DNA of 64,000 bases from Candidatus Latescibacterota bacterium (GCA_965197905.1 CBDAOB010000004.1:128001-192000), one strand, 5' to 3'. Shown: positions 1-10,890, counted from the first letter of the stretch. Notes: generated by a model not told the origin, from the sequence alone. Program-made: numbers and translations.

Positions 1-713
1 TGGTGGGCGGGTGGGTAAACGGTCGCATCGCCGACCTCCGCCACCAACAGATCGAGAAGCCCGTTCTTTGATTCGAAGGTGTTGCCGTCAAACAGGAGTT
101 TGAGACCACTGTTGAGATAGGCGTAGTTCCACAGGCGACGCTCGACGTATTCGTAGTTGAATTCGTACTGGTCAAAGATCTTTGAGTCGGGAGTGAACTC
201 CACGTAGGTACCATCTTCTTCGTCTGCCTTGCCGCGTTTCTGATTTTTGAGTTCCCCTCTCGAAAAGGTTGCCTCCGCATAACGACCGTCTCGATAGGAA
301 ACCACTTTGAAATGGCTCGACAGCGCGTTGACCGCTTTGGTGCCCACTCCGTTTAGACCGACGCTGAACTGAAAAACGTCGTCGTTGTACTTCGCACCCG
401 TATTTATGGTCGAGACGCATTCCACGACCTTTCCAAGTGGAATGCCCCGACCGTAATCCCTGACTCCTGCCACATCATCGCCGATCCAGACATCGATCTT
501 GCGGCCGCAACCCATGATGAATTCATCAACGGCGTTGTCTACGATCTCTTTGAGCAGGATGTAGATACCATCGTCCGGATCCGAGCCGTCGCCCAGCCGA
601 CCGATGTACATGCCGGTACGCAGGCGGATGTGCTCCAGCGAGCTCAGGGTCTTGATCTTTGTTTCGTCGTACTGAGTATTGCCGTTGATTTTGGTTTTTC
701 CGTTTAGTCCCAT
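1..713 (-). CDS. parE: Type II topoisomerase B subunit (ParE/GyrB family, likely topoisomerase IV subunit B), runs off the window start
   Basis: Manual translation from ATG at 713: MGLNGK...LSSLEHIRLRTGMYIGRLGDG...GIYILLKEIVDNAVDE...DYGRGIPLGK...GLNGVGTKAVNALS (GHKL ATPase motifs of GyrB/ParE). Confidence 0.85.
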   Translation of the reverse strand, partial: MGLNGKTKINGNTQYDETKIKTLSSLEHIRLRTGMYIGRLGDGSDPDDGIYILLKEIVDNAVDEFIMGCGRKIDVWIGDDVAGVRDYGRGIPLGKVVECVSTINTGAKYNDDVFQFSVGLNGVGTKAVNALSSHFKVVSYRDGRYAEATFSRGELKNQKRGKADEEDGTYVEFTPDSKIFDQYEFNYEYVERRLWNYAYLNSGLKLLFDGNTFESKNGLLDLLVAEVGDATVYPPAH

Positions 714-896
714 GTTATTCCCAAAAATCAGTGTTACTCAACGTTGGGGTGTCGTGTGAGCGGTTACCTAAGAACTCGAGCGAGGTGGCGCGAACTTGTG
801 GGGATATTGGAGCTGCCGCGGCGGGGGAGTGTTCGATTGCCGGGGGCGCTTTCTACCTTTGGTTCCTATGCAATGATAGGAACGCAGTGAGTTTCA

Positions 897-925
897 AGTA
901 TACTATACATTTGTATAGGCGTCAA
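897..925 (-). promoter_or_regulatory. Sigma70-like promoter for parE with a palindromic operator in the spacer
   Basis: Minus strand TTGACG-N17-TATACT; spacer contains inverted repeat CTATACA-TT-TGTATAG (903-918). Confidence 0.65.
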
Positions 926-1069
926 TAATTTGCCACTGGTGATGGCGGTCACGGACGCTCGATCAGCATGTATTTAGTTTGGAAACAGCTGAAACCGATT
1001 TATACTTGCAACATCGCGCGTCGAGTCGGCAACGCAATGTTGCTCCAACCTCACAGAAAGGATGTCGCT

Positions 1070-1831
1070 ATGAACTGGATGATCCGCATGAAGATCCTCT
1101 TCGTCGCCGCCGGTTTCATGGCCATGTGTGCCGTTCCGTCCTGGGCACAGATGGGCGATTTCGAAGACATGGAGGATATGAAAAAACGCGCTAGGGAAAA
1201 GATGAAGGAACGGCATGCGGGGGAGAACGAGGGCCCAGGTGGTCCGCCTATGCTGGTTCTGATTCCGCCGCCCGATGCCGAAAAACCTGAGGGTGTGGAG
1301 ATGTCGGACGATCCGGAGGAGCGTCACGGGCAGATCCTGGAGACCTTTTTTCGCATGATGGACGGCGACCACAGTGGGGAGCTCAACTTCGACGAGCTAG
1401 GATCCTGGGCGCACCCGGCACCCATGATGGGTCCGGGGATGGGCGGTGAGATGGACGAAGAGATGCGCCAACGCATGGAAGAAGAGATTCGCCATCACGT
1501 TGAGCAGGAGATTCGTCATCAGCTCGAGGAAGAGATGAAACACCGGATGGAGGAGATGAGAGGCGGTGGCGATGGTGGCGACGGTGATGGCGGTGGTGGA
1601 GATATGGAAGAAGAGATCCGCCGACGGGTCGAACATGAGCTCCAGCAGCACATGCGCGAGATGCGTCGCGAACATATGCATAGAATGGCCGAGGAGCTAC
1701 GCGAAATGCGGCGCCACGAAAACCAGTTGAAGGAAGAGCTCTCGCAGATTCGGAATCATATCCGCGAGATGCAGGAAAACTTGGAACGAGAGGAAGAAGA
1801 GGGTCAAGACGGGCCTCCCGATATGGAATAG
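1070..1831 (+). CDS. Secreted Glu/Met/His-rich coiled-coil protein with one EF-hand
   Basis: Signal-peptide-like N-terminus (...AVPSWA-Q), EF-hand loop DGDHSGELNFDE, repeated EEEIRxxVExE helices; ATG 1070 follows AGAAAGGA. Confidence 0.6.
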   Translation: MNWMIRMKILFVAAGFMAMCAVPSWAQMGDFEDMEDMKKRAREKMKERHAGENEGPGGPPMLVLIPPPDAEKPEGVEMSDDPEERHGQILETFFRMMDGDHSGELNFDELGSWAHPAPMMGPGMGGEMDEEMRQRMEEEIRHHVEQEIRHQLEEEMKHRMEEMRGGGDGGDGDGGGGDMEEEIRRRVEHELQQHMREMRREHMHRMAEELREMRRHENQLKEELSQIRNHIREMQENLEREEEEGQDGPPDME

Positions 1832-1853
1832 GTGGAAGGTCCGAAAGGTAGAT

Positions 1854-3077
1854 CTAGCGCTCCCTCTTCCGTTTGGAAGCGGGAGCGTTTTTTTGTTCGG
1901 GTCGCCGAGGCCGCCGCCGCGGTGGTCTTCTGCCTCGTCCGGAAGCGGATCTCCCCCCGCCGTTTAAACTAGGCTCGCTGCCGCGCCAGGCAGGGTCGAT
2001 GCGATTGGTTTTGAGTATGGATTTGAGATTGCCCAGATCGCGATTGGCGACGAACGTCATCGCCGTACCTTCACGACCCATGCGCCCGGTTCGTCCGGTT
2101 CGGTGCGTATATATCTCGCTAGAAGGCGGAAAATCGTAGTTGATTACGTGGGATACATGACTGAAATCCAGACCCCTGCCTGCCACGTCCGTCGCCACCA
2201 TAAACTTGATCTTTTTGCTGCGAAAGCGATTGAAGATCGAGATCCTCCGATCCTGGTCCAGTCCGCCATGAATGTACTCCACTGATCTGAACTGTTTCTT
2301 GAGACTGTTCATCAGATCCGCCCCATTGTCCCGAGAGTTACAAAAGAGAATCGCCTGGGCTATTTTTTCGGAGTTGAGATATTCGATCAGCGATTGATAT
2401 CTGCCGCGGCCGACGTGTTCGAAGCTATGGATCAACGATTGGGGCGCTCGTTGATCCCTATTGAGCTCGACGCGTACCGGATCATCGAGGTAGGTAGAGG
2501 CCAAGCGGTCGATCTCGGCAGGCATGGTCGCCGAAAATAGAAGCGTTTCGTGCTCGTGAACCAGGCAGGACATGATGAAGTCGATGTCCTCCACAAAACC
2601 CATCTTCAACATCTCGTCGGCTTCGTCCAAAACGACCGTGTGAACGCCCGTGAGATCGACGAGATCGGTGTTCCAGAGGAAATCGATCAAGCGGCCCGGT
2701 GTTGCCACGAGAATGTGAACGCCGTGGCGTAGCTTGGCGCGCTGGATTCCCATGTCGAAACCCCCAAAGACGGCAAATGGCACGACCTCAGTGTGGGTTG
2801 AAATAGAGTCTATTTCTTGGACGTACTGGAGGGCGAGCTCTCTGGTAGGCACCAGGATCAGCACCTGAATGGCGTTGGTGTTCGAGTCGACCCGTTGTAT
2901 CAGAGGTACCGCGCAAGCACCCGTTTTGCCGGATCCGGTCTCGGCTAGCCCCAGAAGATCAAGACCTGCCATTATGTGGGGCATGGTCAACTCCTGGATG
3001 GGCGTCATATCTTCGTATCCGATTTCCTTGAGAGCCCGCAATATTTCGCTCTCAAGGTCCAACTCTGAAAACTTCAT
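1854..3077 (-). CDS. DEAD-box ATP-dependent RNA helicase
   Basis: Motifs AETGSGKT, PTRELA, TPGR, DEAD, SAT, HRTGRTGR; AGGAGG RBS before ATG 3077. Confidence 0.95.
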   Translation of the reverse strand: MKFSELDLESEILRALKEIGYEDMTPIQELTMPHIMAGLDLLGLAETGSGKTGACAVPLIQRVDSNTNAIQVLILVPTRELALQYVQEIDSISTHTEVVPFAVFGGFDMGIQRAKLRHGVHILVATPGRLIDFLWNTDLVDLTGVHTVVLDEADEMLKMGFVEDIDFIMSCLVHEHETLLFSATMPAEIDRLASTYLDDPVRVELNRDQRAPQSLIHSFEHVGRGRYQSLIEYLNSEKIAQAILFCNSRDNGADLMNSLKKQFRSVEYIHGGLDQDRRISIFNRFRSKKIKFMVATDVAGRGLDFSHVSHVINYDFPPSSEIYTHRTGRTGRMGREGTAMTFVANRDLGNLKSILKTNRIDPAWRGSEPSLNGGGRSASGRGRRPPRRRPRRPEQKNAPASKRKRER

Positions 3078-3240
3078 CTGCCTCCTTTGCCAGCAACTCA
3101 CTATTCGAACTAAGTTGAGGCTTATCACTGAATTGCGCAAATATTCAGGCATGTTCACAGCGTTTGCACGATACGTCAGCGCACCTATTTTTGTCGAACT
3201 ATGACCCGTGGTGACACGGACCTTGGAAGGAATCGAACAG

Positions 3241-4740
3241 ATGGCTGATGTTCGCACGCGTATGGCACCGTCCCCGACGGGATCACCCCACGTGGGCAGC
3301 GCTTACATTGCGCTTTTCAACCTGGCGTTTGCCCGCCGACACGGCGGCAGCTTCGTGCTCAGGATCGAGGACACCGATCGGGAGCGCTCCCACGATCGGT
3401 TCGAGACCGATATTCTGGACGCCTTTCGCTGGCTCGGTCTGCAGTGGGACGAGGGACCCGACGTAGGTGGGCCGCATGGACCGTACCGGCAGAGCGAACG
3501 GGTGTCGATCTACCGGCAGTACATCGAGCAGCTGCTGACGGCAGACCATGCCTACCGCTGCTTTTGTTCGACCGAGCGGTTACAGAAGTTGCGCAGCGAA
3601 CAAAGCAAGATGAAGCACAAGTTGGGGTACGATCGTCACTGTCGCCTTTTGACCGCTTCCGAAATCGAACCCAGGCTTGCGGCGGGCGAGCCTCACGTGG
3701 TGCGCCTGAAAATGCCGGATTCCGGGACCGCGACGGTTGTGGACAGACTGCGTGGCGAGATCGAATTCGACTATGCCCATCTCGACGACCAGGTCATTCT
3801 CAAATCAGACGGATATCCAACCTACCACTTCGCCGTCGTCGTGGACGACCATCTCATGGGCATCACCCATGTGATTCGGGGCGAAGACTGGATCAACTCC
3901 GCCCCCAAGCACCTTCTGCTCTACGCATATTTCGGCTGGGAGCCTCCAGAGCACACGCACTTGCCGATGCTGCTCAACCCGGACGGCTCCAGGATGTCGA
4001 AACGCAAGAATCCCACCTCGGTTGAGTACTACCGCCGAATGGGTTACTTGGGTCCGGCGTTGTGCAACTATCTCGGTTTGATGAGTTATGCGCAACCCGG
4101 GGAGGAGGAGAAATTCAGCATTGAGGAATTCTTCAACAGCTTCGATCTCGAGCGCGTCAGCCTGGGAGGGGCGATTTTCGATCGAAAGAAACTAGATTGG
4201 TTGAACGGCCGCTACATTCGCGAAAACTTGAACGTAGACGATCTGCTGGACGAAATGAGGAAATGGCAGCTCAACGACGGGTTCTTGAGAGCTACCCTGC
4301 CGCTGATGAAAGAGCGCATGGACACCCTCGGCGACTATATGGGCAAGTGCGCCTTCTTCTTCATGCGGGATCTGTCCTACGAACCCGAGGAGCTGGTACC
4401 CAAGAAGCGGACTCCGGAGGAGGTCGTTCAGGTTCTGCAGACGGCCATCTGGTCGCTGGACGAAATCGAAGAATGGAACCGCACGGCGATTGAGAGCGCC
4501 CTAGGGGACGTGGCCCAGTATTGGCAGTGGCCGATCCGCGACGTCACCGCTCCACTCTACGTCGCTACCATGGGAGAGCGAATCGGTCCGCCGCTGTACG
4601 AATCTATGGAGCTCCTGAAGTTGGACCTGATTCGCGTCCGCTTGCTAGACGGCATCGAGAGGTTAGGGGGGTTGTCCAAGAAGAAAGCCAGCCAGCTGGA
4701 GAAGCGGTGGCAGGCCGGCCCGCCGGTCGATGACGGTTGA
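3241..4740 (+). CDS. gltX: Glutamate-tRNA ligase
   Basis: RTRMAPSPTG-PHVG (HIGH), RIEDTD, RGEDW, RMSKR (KMSKS). Confidence 0.95.
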   Translation: MADVRTRMAPSPTGSPHVGSAYIALFNLAFARRHGGSFVLRIEDTDRERSHDRFETDILDAFRWLGLQWDEGPDVGGPHGPYRQSERVSIYRQYIEQLLTADHAYRCFCSTERLQKLRSEQSKMKHKLGYDRHCRLLTASEIEPRLAAGEPHVVRLKMPDSGTATVVDRLRGEIEFDYAHLDDQVILKSDGYPTYHFAVVVDDHLMGITHVIRGEDWINSAPKHLLLYAYFGWEPPEHTHLPMLLNPDGSRMSKRKNPTSVEYYRRMGYLGPALCNYLGLMSYAQPGEEEKFSIEEFFNSFDLERVSLGGAIFDRKKLDWLNGRYIRENLNVDDLLDEMRKWQLNDGFLRATLPLMKERMDTLGDYMGKCAFFFMRDLSYEPEELVPKKRTPEEVVQVLQTAIWSLDEIEEWNRTAIESALGDVAQYWQWPIRDVTAPLYVATMGERIGPPLYESMELLKLDLIRVRLLDGIERLGGLSKKKASQLEKRWQAGPPVDDG

Positions 4741-4751
4741 AACCCTGCCTG

Positions 4752-6464
4752 CTACTTGCCGCCGGCTTTTTCGATCTTAGCCCACGAATCGCGCAGGGCT
4801 ACGGCACGATTGAACACCAACCGGTCCGGTCGGGAATCAACCCCGTCGAGACAGAAGTAACCCTGTCGCTCAAACTGGTAGGTGATGCCCACTTCTGCTT
4901 CCGCAAGGCTCTGTTCCACCAGGCAGTCCGTTAGTACCTCTAAAGAATCGGGATTGATGTGCTCCCTGAAGTTCTCTCCGTTCGGATCGTCCACCGTGAA
5001 CAGGCGGTCGTAGAGACGCACCTCCGCTTTGACGGCGCGGGCGGCCGACACCCAGTGGATCGTACCCCGTACTTTGCGTCCATCGGGGGATGAGCCACCC
5101 TTCGTTTCGGGATCGTAGGTGCAGTGAAGTTGAGTAACCTCCCCTGAATCCGGATCCTTGACTACGTCCACGCAGGTGATGTAATACCCGTACCGCAGGC
5201 GAACCTCCTTGCCGGGAGCCAACCGGTGGTACTTCTTCGGCGCGTCTTCGCGAAAATCGCTCCGCTCGACGTAGAGAGTGTGCGAGAAGGGTACCATGCG
5301 AGTTCCCATGGATTCATCTTCGGGGTTGTTAATCGCCTCCAATGCCTCTTTCCTATCTTCCGGAAAGTTGTCGATAACCACTTTGAGCGGGTTGAGCACT
5401 CCCATCACTCGCGGGGCGATGCGGTTGAGATCCTCGCGCAGCTTGTGTTCGAGCAGAGCGACGTCGATCAGGTTTTCCCGCTTGGCGACACCGACCTCGT
5501 CCATGAAATTTCGAATCGCGGTCGGCGTATAACCACGTCGGCGCAAACCAGCCAGCGTCGGCATGCGTGGATCGTCCCAACCATCAAGGTGCCCCTCGTC
5601 GACCAGTGGACCAAGAAAACGTTTGCTCATGATCGTGTTGCTGAGATTGAGACGGGCAAACTCGTACTGGTTGGGTGGATCCGGAATCTCTGCCGCCTGG
5701 AGAATCCAATCGTAGATGGCGCGGTTGTTCTCGAACTCCAGGGTACAAATGGAATGAGTGACCCCTTCGATCGCGTCGGAAAGACACTCCGTAAAATCGT
5801 ACATGGGGTAGATACACCAGGCATCGCCAGAGCGGTAATGCGCGTGATGTTTGATGCGGTAAATGGTCGGGTCCCGCATGCTCAAATTCGGTGATGACAT
5901 ATCGATTTTCGCACGCAGCACGTGGGCACCGTCGGCGAACTCGCCGGCGCGCATGCGTTTGAAGAGGTCCAGATTCTCTTCAACGGAGCGCTCGCGACAG
6001 GGACTCTCCACCCCCGGCTCGGTGAGAGTTCCGCGATGTTGCCGAATCTCGTCGGCGCTGAGGCTGTCGACATACGCCTTGTCGTTTTCGACCAGTTTCA
6101 GCGCAAACTCGTAGAGTTTTTCGAAATAATCGGAGATATAGTACTCCCGATCCTCCCAGTCGAATCCGAGCCAGCGGATGTCATCCTTGATCGCTTCAAC
6201 GTATTCGAGCTTTTCGTTTTCCGGATCGGTATCTTCGAAGCGAAGATTGCACAAGCCACCATTTTCCTTCGCGACGGAGAAATTGAGGCAGATCGACTTG
6301 GCGTGGCCGATGTGCAACCTGCCGTTCGGTTCGGGAGGGAATCGCGTCATTACGCGGCCGTCGTGCTTTTTAAGCGCAACGTCCTCTTTGACGATCTCGC
6401 GAATAAAATCGGAAGGTGCCGAGGACTCGGTCCCCGCCACGTCGGTATCTGTCATTTCTTGCAC
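4752..6464 (-). CDS. glnS: Glutamine-tRNA ligase
   Basis: [52 protein letters not shown]. Confidence 0.95.
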   Translation of the reverse strand: MQEMTDTDVAGTESSAPSDFIREIVKEDVALKKHDGRVMTRFPPEPNGRLHIGHAKSICLNFSVAKENGGLCNLRFEDTDPENEKLEYVEAIKDDIRWLGFDWEDREYYISDYFEKLYEFALKLVENDKAYVDSLSADEIRQHRGTLTEPGVESPCRERSVEENLDLFKRMRAGEFADGAHVLRAKIDMSSPNLSMRDPTIYRIKHHAHYRSGDAWCIYPMYDFTECLSDAIEGVTHSICTLEFENNRAIYDWILQAAEIPDPPNQYEFARLNLSNTIMSKRFLGPLVDEGHLDGWDDPRMPTLAGLRRRGYTPTAIRNFMDEVGVAKRENLIDVALLEHKLREDLNRIAPRVMGVLNPLKVVIDNFPEDRKEALEAINNPEDESMGTRMVPFSHTLYVERSDFREDAPKKYHRLAPGKEVRLRYGYYITCVDVVKDPDSGEVTQLHCTYDPETKGGSSPDGRKVRGTIHWVSAARAVKAEVRLYDRLFTVDDPNGENFREHINPDSLEVLTDCLVEQSLAEAEVGITYQFERQGYFCLDGVDSRPDRLVFNRAVALRDSWAKIEKAGGK

Positions 6465-6528
6465 AATCGGGTCGGGTTTGGCGGAACTGAGGGAAACTTA
6501 ACGGATTCGCAGAACAGTTGCCAAGGGC

Positions 6529-8103
6529 TCAGGAGGCCATTTGGCGTCGCAGTTCCCGCTCATACTCTCCCAGAATCCGCTCATAGGTGTCTTCGCTCAT
6601 GAAGCCGGTTACCTCGAGCGCGAGATCGTTGCGATAGCGGCCCGCCGGAATATACATGCGGCTGGAGGGTGGCGTGCGGCGCTGCCATAGGATTTCCGCT
6701 TGCGGCGGAACGTAGCTGGCTTCGCGCCGTTGCCCGTCGGGGCCTGCGGTGTAGAGCGATATCAAATGGGGAGAAAAACGATCATTGCCGTGGGAGATGC
6801 TTCCGCCCTGAACCCCGGTAAGGTCGTTATCAATCCTCCCCGATTCTCCCGATCCCCTGAGGATGGGGATCATGCCTTCCAGTTTCACATAGGATCGTCG
6901 GGGCGCGACGACCTCTACCTGGCTGTTGCACAGGGCGAGCACGTACTCCGAGTACGGCTCCGAGCCGACAAACCTGGTCAGCTGGCCGATACACTCGGCT
7001 CTGGATTTCGCTTCGAATCCTTCGGTATGGGTCAAATAATACTCGGCCACGGCAACGGGAATGACCAATCGGGATTCTTCAGCGGTCAACAGATCGCCAG
7101 AGGTGCCCCGCGCCTTCAGGGCTGCCTGTGCTGCTTCCGACGTTTTGTGAAGCTCGTACTCAACCCCGGACCACTGCGAGCTACCTCGCTGCAGGCGCAG
7201 TTTCAACAAACCTGAGCGATTCGCCAATCGCGCCGCTTCCGAGTGGAACAGGATCATGTTGACCAGGACGGGCGCCAGTCCGCCCAGAGAGGTCAGATTC
7301 GAAACGAGGTGTGCGCCCACGCGCTCATGCCCCTCGATATGGCGGCTGGATTCATTCCACAACCCGCAGTCGTGCATAAACCCGCCCAGAAAGATCTGCT
7401 GCAAGTTCAGTCGAAGATCGGCGTCTATTGTTTTGCTGGGCTCTACTCCGGACGGTGCCTGATCCACCGCGATACGGCTCGCTCTCCGAGACTCGAGCTC
7501 CGTGGCAAACACGGCAGCTTGCAATCCATGACGCACGATCTGGGCGCCTTCGTATTCGGAGATCAGATCCATGATCAGGGTGTTTCCGTCAAGGTATTCC
7601 CCCAGCGCGACAGCGACCGATTCGGAAAATCGCAGCATCTGCCGGCCAAGCTCTTCAAAGCGGTGCTGCGTCTCTCCACCGGCTACGGCGTCAGGCGGGA
7701 CCTCCTCGATGATCTGAAAGATCTTGTGCGCTGCGTGAACTACATCCTCGCCTCGGGTAATAACCTCCCTGGAGACCTCCTCGGCCCGCTGCTGGCGACG
7801 TTCCTTCTGATCCGCACCCTCCACCTGGATGTCGAGCTGAGTCTGGATGTCGTCGGTGGAGCCATGCTCACGAACGAATATCACGTCGACGACGGTAGGT
7901 GTGGTTCGTCGTGCCGGATTGCGCTGCTCGAGCCAGGACAGATGCCGCGGCCGAAGCTCATGGTCCGCCGCCAGGTAAACCCCGCCCCCCGGGCCAGCGA
8001 TGTCGCGGGCGGCGCAAACCCGATACCCCAGTTCGGTTTCTTTGATCTTGCGCATGAGCGCGCGCAGGTTGCGCGTACTCATGCTGACCGTGTTGCTATT
8101 CAT
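6529..8103 (-). CDS. Hypothetical protein with possible degenerate HD-domain
   Basis: 524-aa ORF with RHGLQ...GGFMHDCG...HE..GA...ILFH pattern resembling HD-domain metal ligands. Confidence 0.5.
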   Translation of the reverse strand: MNSNTVSMSTRNLRALMRKIKETELGYRVCAARDIAGPGGGVYLAADHELRPRHLSWLEQRNPARRTTPTVVDVIFVREHGSTDDIQTQLDIQVEGADQKERRQQRAEEVSREVITRGEDVVHAAHKIFQIIEEVPPDAVAGGETQHRFEELGRQMLRFSESVAVALGEYLDGNTLIMDLISEYEGAQIVRHGLQAAVFATELESRRASRIAVDQAPSGVEPSKTIDADLRLNLQQIFLGGFMHDCGLWNESSRHIEGHERVGAHLVSNLTSLGGLAPVLVNMILFHSEAARLANRSGLLKLRLQRGSSQWSGVEYELHKTSEAAQAALKARGTSGDLLTAEESRLVIPVAVAEYYLTHTEGFEAKSRAECIGQLTRFVGSEPYSEYVLALCNSQVEVVAPRRSYVKLEGMIPILRGSGESGRIDNDLTGVQGGSISHGNDRFSPHLISLYTAGPDGQRREASYVPPQAEILWQRRTPPSSRMYIPAGRYRNDLALEVTGFMSEDTYERILGEYERELRRQMAS

Positions 8104-8268
8104 GCCGTCGGTAACAATCCTCCAGTGCCCACATGGTTGCCTTATTGCGGGTGCTCATCTTGTCCGAGAGCGCCGGACAGCTATGTTGAAAACGGGTCGG
8201 GCGAGAGTTAGATTCTAAGCCCTCGACCGCTATAAAAACCAACACATTCAAAGAAAAAATAAGCAATT

Positions 8269-9495
8269 ATGGCATTGATCAACGAGAATTATCTGAAGCT
8301 CAAAGCGGGGTATCTGTTCCCTGAAATCGGCCGCAGAATGAATTCCTTTGTCGCCGACAACCCGACAGCCGAGGTGATTCGCCTCGGCATCGGCGATGTG
8401 GTCAAGGGTATTCCCCGGGTCATCATTGACGCCCTCAAAGAGGCGACGGAGGAGCTAGCCCACGACGAAAGCTTTCAGGGGTACCCGCCCGACCAGGGAG
8501 GGCTGTTCCTGCGCGAGGCGATAGCGGATCATGACTTCGCCAGCCGCGGGGTAGAAATCGACGCGGACGAGATTTTCATTTCAGACGGGTCGAAATGCGA
8601 CTCCGCCAATATCCAGGAGATATTCGGAATCGACAACAGGGTGGCGTTGACAGACCCCGTTTATCCGGTGTATTGCGACACCAACGTAATGGCGGGAAGG
8701 ACAGGAGACGGGGATGAGAGCGGGCGTTACGGGGGGCTGGTGTACCTTCCCTGTACGCTGGAGAACGGGTTCAATCCGCCGCTCCCAAACGGCCACGTCG
8801 ACTTGATCTACCTGTGCGCGCCCAACAATCCGACAGGGGCGGTAATGGACCGGCCGACACTGACTCAATGGGTCGATTACGCTCGCAGTGAACGGGCGGT
8901 GATCCTTTTCGACGCTGCCTACGAAGCCTACATCACGGATCCCGACATCCCTCATTCGATCTATGAAATTGAGGGGGGGCGCGAGGTTGCCGTCGAGTTC
9001 AGGAGCTTCTCCAAGAACGCGGGATTTACCGGCACCCGCTGCGCCCTGACTGTCGTTCCGAAGGAGCTCAACGGATATACCCAGAGCGGGGAGACCGTCG
9101 ACTTGCGCAGTCTCTGGCAGCGGCGGCACTCCACCAAGTTCAACGGGGTTGCCTATCCGGTCCAGCGGGCAGCCGCCGCCGTCTACACTCCGGCCGGAAA
9201 AGCGGCCGTCCGCGAACTCGTAAGCTTCTATTTGGGCAACGCCTCCTACATGAGAGATCGGCTTGACGGGTTCGGCATTTCAGTCCACGGAGGGGAGAAC
9301 GCGCCCTACCTGTGGCTACAAACCCCGGAGGGAATGGACAGTTGGGGATTTTTCGACCATCTGCTTCAGCGGGCTCACGTGGTGGGCACGCCGGGATCAG
9401 GGTTCGGGGCTGCCGGCGAGGGATTCTTCCGACTTTCGGCCTTCAATCATCGGGATCAGATCGAGCTAGCAATGGATCGCATAGGTGTCCTGTGA
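8269..9495 (+). CDS. dapL: LL-diaminopimelate aminotransferase
   Basis: [53 protein letters not shown]. Confidence 0.95.
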   Translation: MALINENYLKLKAGYLFPEIGRRMNSFVADNPTAEVIRLGIGDVVKGIPRVIIDALKEATEELAHDESFQGYPPDQGGLFLREAIADHDFASRGVEIDADEIFISDGSKCDSANIQEIFGIDNRVALTDPVYPVYCDTNVMAGRTGDGDESGRYGGLVYLPCTLENGFNPPLPNGHVDLIYLCAPNNPTGAVMDRPTLTQWVDYARSERAVILFDAAYEAYITDPDIPHSIYEIEGGREVAVEFRSFSKNAGFTGTRCALTVVPKELNGYTQSGETVDLRSLWQRRHSTKFNGVAYPVQRAAAAVYTPAGKAAVRELVSFYLGNASYMRDRLDGFGISVHGGENAPYLWLQTPEGMDSWGFFDHLLQRAHVVGTPGSGFGAAGEGFFRLSAFNHRDQIELAMDRIGVL

Positions 9496-9564
9496 GCGGC
9501 CGACACTAGATCCGCCATGTCGCCGCGGCACCGCCGGCGAATCCGTATCAGAGCCCCTCAAGCC

Positions 9565-9593
9565 TTGACGGAGCCGAAATAACCCAGTAAGTT
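9565..9593 (+). promoter_or_regulatory. Sigma70-like promoter for small regulator-nadA operon
   Basis: TTGACG-N17-TAAGTT followed by AT-rich leader. Confidence 0.5.
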
Positions 9594-9633
9594 CTATACA
9601 CTTATTATTCAAAAGTTACATAGGAAATAGATA

Positions 9634-9852
9634 ATGCCTCCAGCAAAGCTGCAGAAGAGCGCGCGGGCAAAGGTTCGCACATTCTCTGCAACCGACCGCG
9701 ACGACGAAATGCTCGAAGCCGTTGCTCGCTATCACGGCGTCAGCAAGAGCGCAATGATCACGGGTTTGATTCGCAAGGAGTTTTGGCGCGTTTTCCCAGA
9801 CGGCACCGAATCGGTACCGCCCGATGAAGGAGTGAGAACCAGCCATGAGTGA
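9634..9852 (+). CDS. Small ribbon-helix-helix (CopG-like) DNA-binding protein
   Basis: KVRTFSAT (strand) DRDDEMLEAVARYHG-VSKSAMITGLIRKE (two helices); overlaps nadA start. Confidence 0.6.
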   Translation: MPPAKLQKSARAKVRTFSATDRDDEMLEAVARYHGVSKSAMITGLIRKEFWRVFPDGTESVPPDEGVRTSHE

Positions 9853-10837
9853 AACTCGGTCCACGGGCAGCCCGACCTACCAGCCGTTTCACAATTACGA
9901 TCTGCCGATCGAGGAGTTGGTGGCGCAGATAGACCGTTTGCGCAAGGAGAAGAACGCCGTCATTCTGGCGCACAACTACCAGGTCCCCGAAATCCAGGAT
10001 ATCGCCGATTTTACCGGAGACTCTCTGGGGCTCGCGGTTGAAGCGACAAAATGCGACGCCGAGATGATCGCCTTCTGCGGCGTGCACTTCATGGCCGAGT
10101 CGGCAAAGATCCTCAATCCGGAAAAACGGGTGTTCCTGCCTCACCTAGGCGCCGGCTGCTCGCTGGCGGATTCGATTACGCCCGAAAGCCTGGATGACTG
10201 GAAGGAGCGTTACCCCGATCACACCGTCGTCACCTACATCAACTCCAGCGCCGAAGTAAAGGCCGAATCGGATATCTGTTGCACCTCTGCCAACGCCGTT
10301 TCGGTGGTTCGCAGCCTGGATTCCGACCAGATCCTGTTTACTCCGGACCGCAATCTGGGCCGCTGGGTCGCGGAGCAGGTGCCGGAGAAGACGATCGCCA
10401 TATACGACGGGGTCTGTCCTACCCACGATGTGCTGCGCCAGGCCAGCGTGGAACGCACCCGGGAAGAGTTTCCCGAGGCGGTCATTATCGCCCATCCGGA
10501 ATGTCGGCAGGATGTGGTGGAGGTGGCGCATGAGGTGTGTTCTACCACCGGAATGTTGACAGCGATAGAAAAATACCCGCAGACCAAGACTTTTATCATC
10601 GCCACCGAGAGCGGCATGCTCCACCAGATGAAGCTGCGCTTTCCCGACCGAGATTTCGTGGCGGCCGACGGCTGCATCGGCTGTCGCCTTCACTGTCCGT
10701 ACATGAAGGTGACCGGCCTGCAGGATCTGTATTTCTCGCTGAACGACGAGCGCTACGAGGTCGTTCTCGACAGAGAGATCGTCGATGGCGCACGTCGCGC
10801 CCTCGAGCGGATGATGGCCGTACCGAGAGATAACTAG
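9845..10837 (+). CDS. nadA: Quinolinate synthase
   Basis: ILAHNYQ, GDSL, FCGVHFMAE, AGCSLAD, YINSSA, CTSANA, HPEC, CPYMK. Confidence 0.95.
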   Translation: MSETRSTGSPTYQPFHNYDLPIEELVAQIDRLRKEKNAVILAHNYQVPEIQDIADFTGDSLGLAVEATKCDAEMIAFCGVHFMAESAKILNPEKRVFLPHLGAGCSLADSITPESLDDWKERYPDHTVVTYINSSAEVKAESDICCTSANAVSVVRSLDSDQILFTPDRNLGRWVAEQVPEKTIAIYDGVCPTHDVLRQASVERTREEFPEAVIIAHPECRQDVVEVAHEVCSTTGMLTAIEKYPQTKTFIIATESGMLHQMKLRFPDRDFVAADGCIGCRLHCPYMKVTGLQDLYFSLNDERYEVVLDREIVDGARRALERMMAVPRDN

Positions 10838-10890
10838 GGAGGGTCGGTCAGCGTCTATCAATACCCCTTCCCCACGAACCGCTTTCAACG

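Noticed and set aside
1562..1600. GGCGGTGGCGATGGT-type short tandem repeat
   Set aside because: Simply encodes a Gly/Asp linker in the EF-hand protein.
8104..8268. Possible lysine riboswitch upstream of dapL
   Set aside because: No recognisable L-box consensus or terminator in this short divergent intergenic region.
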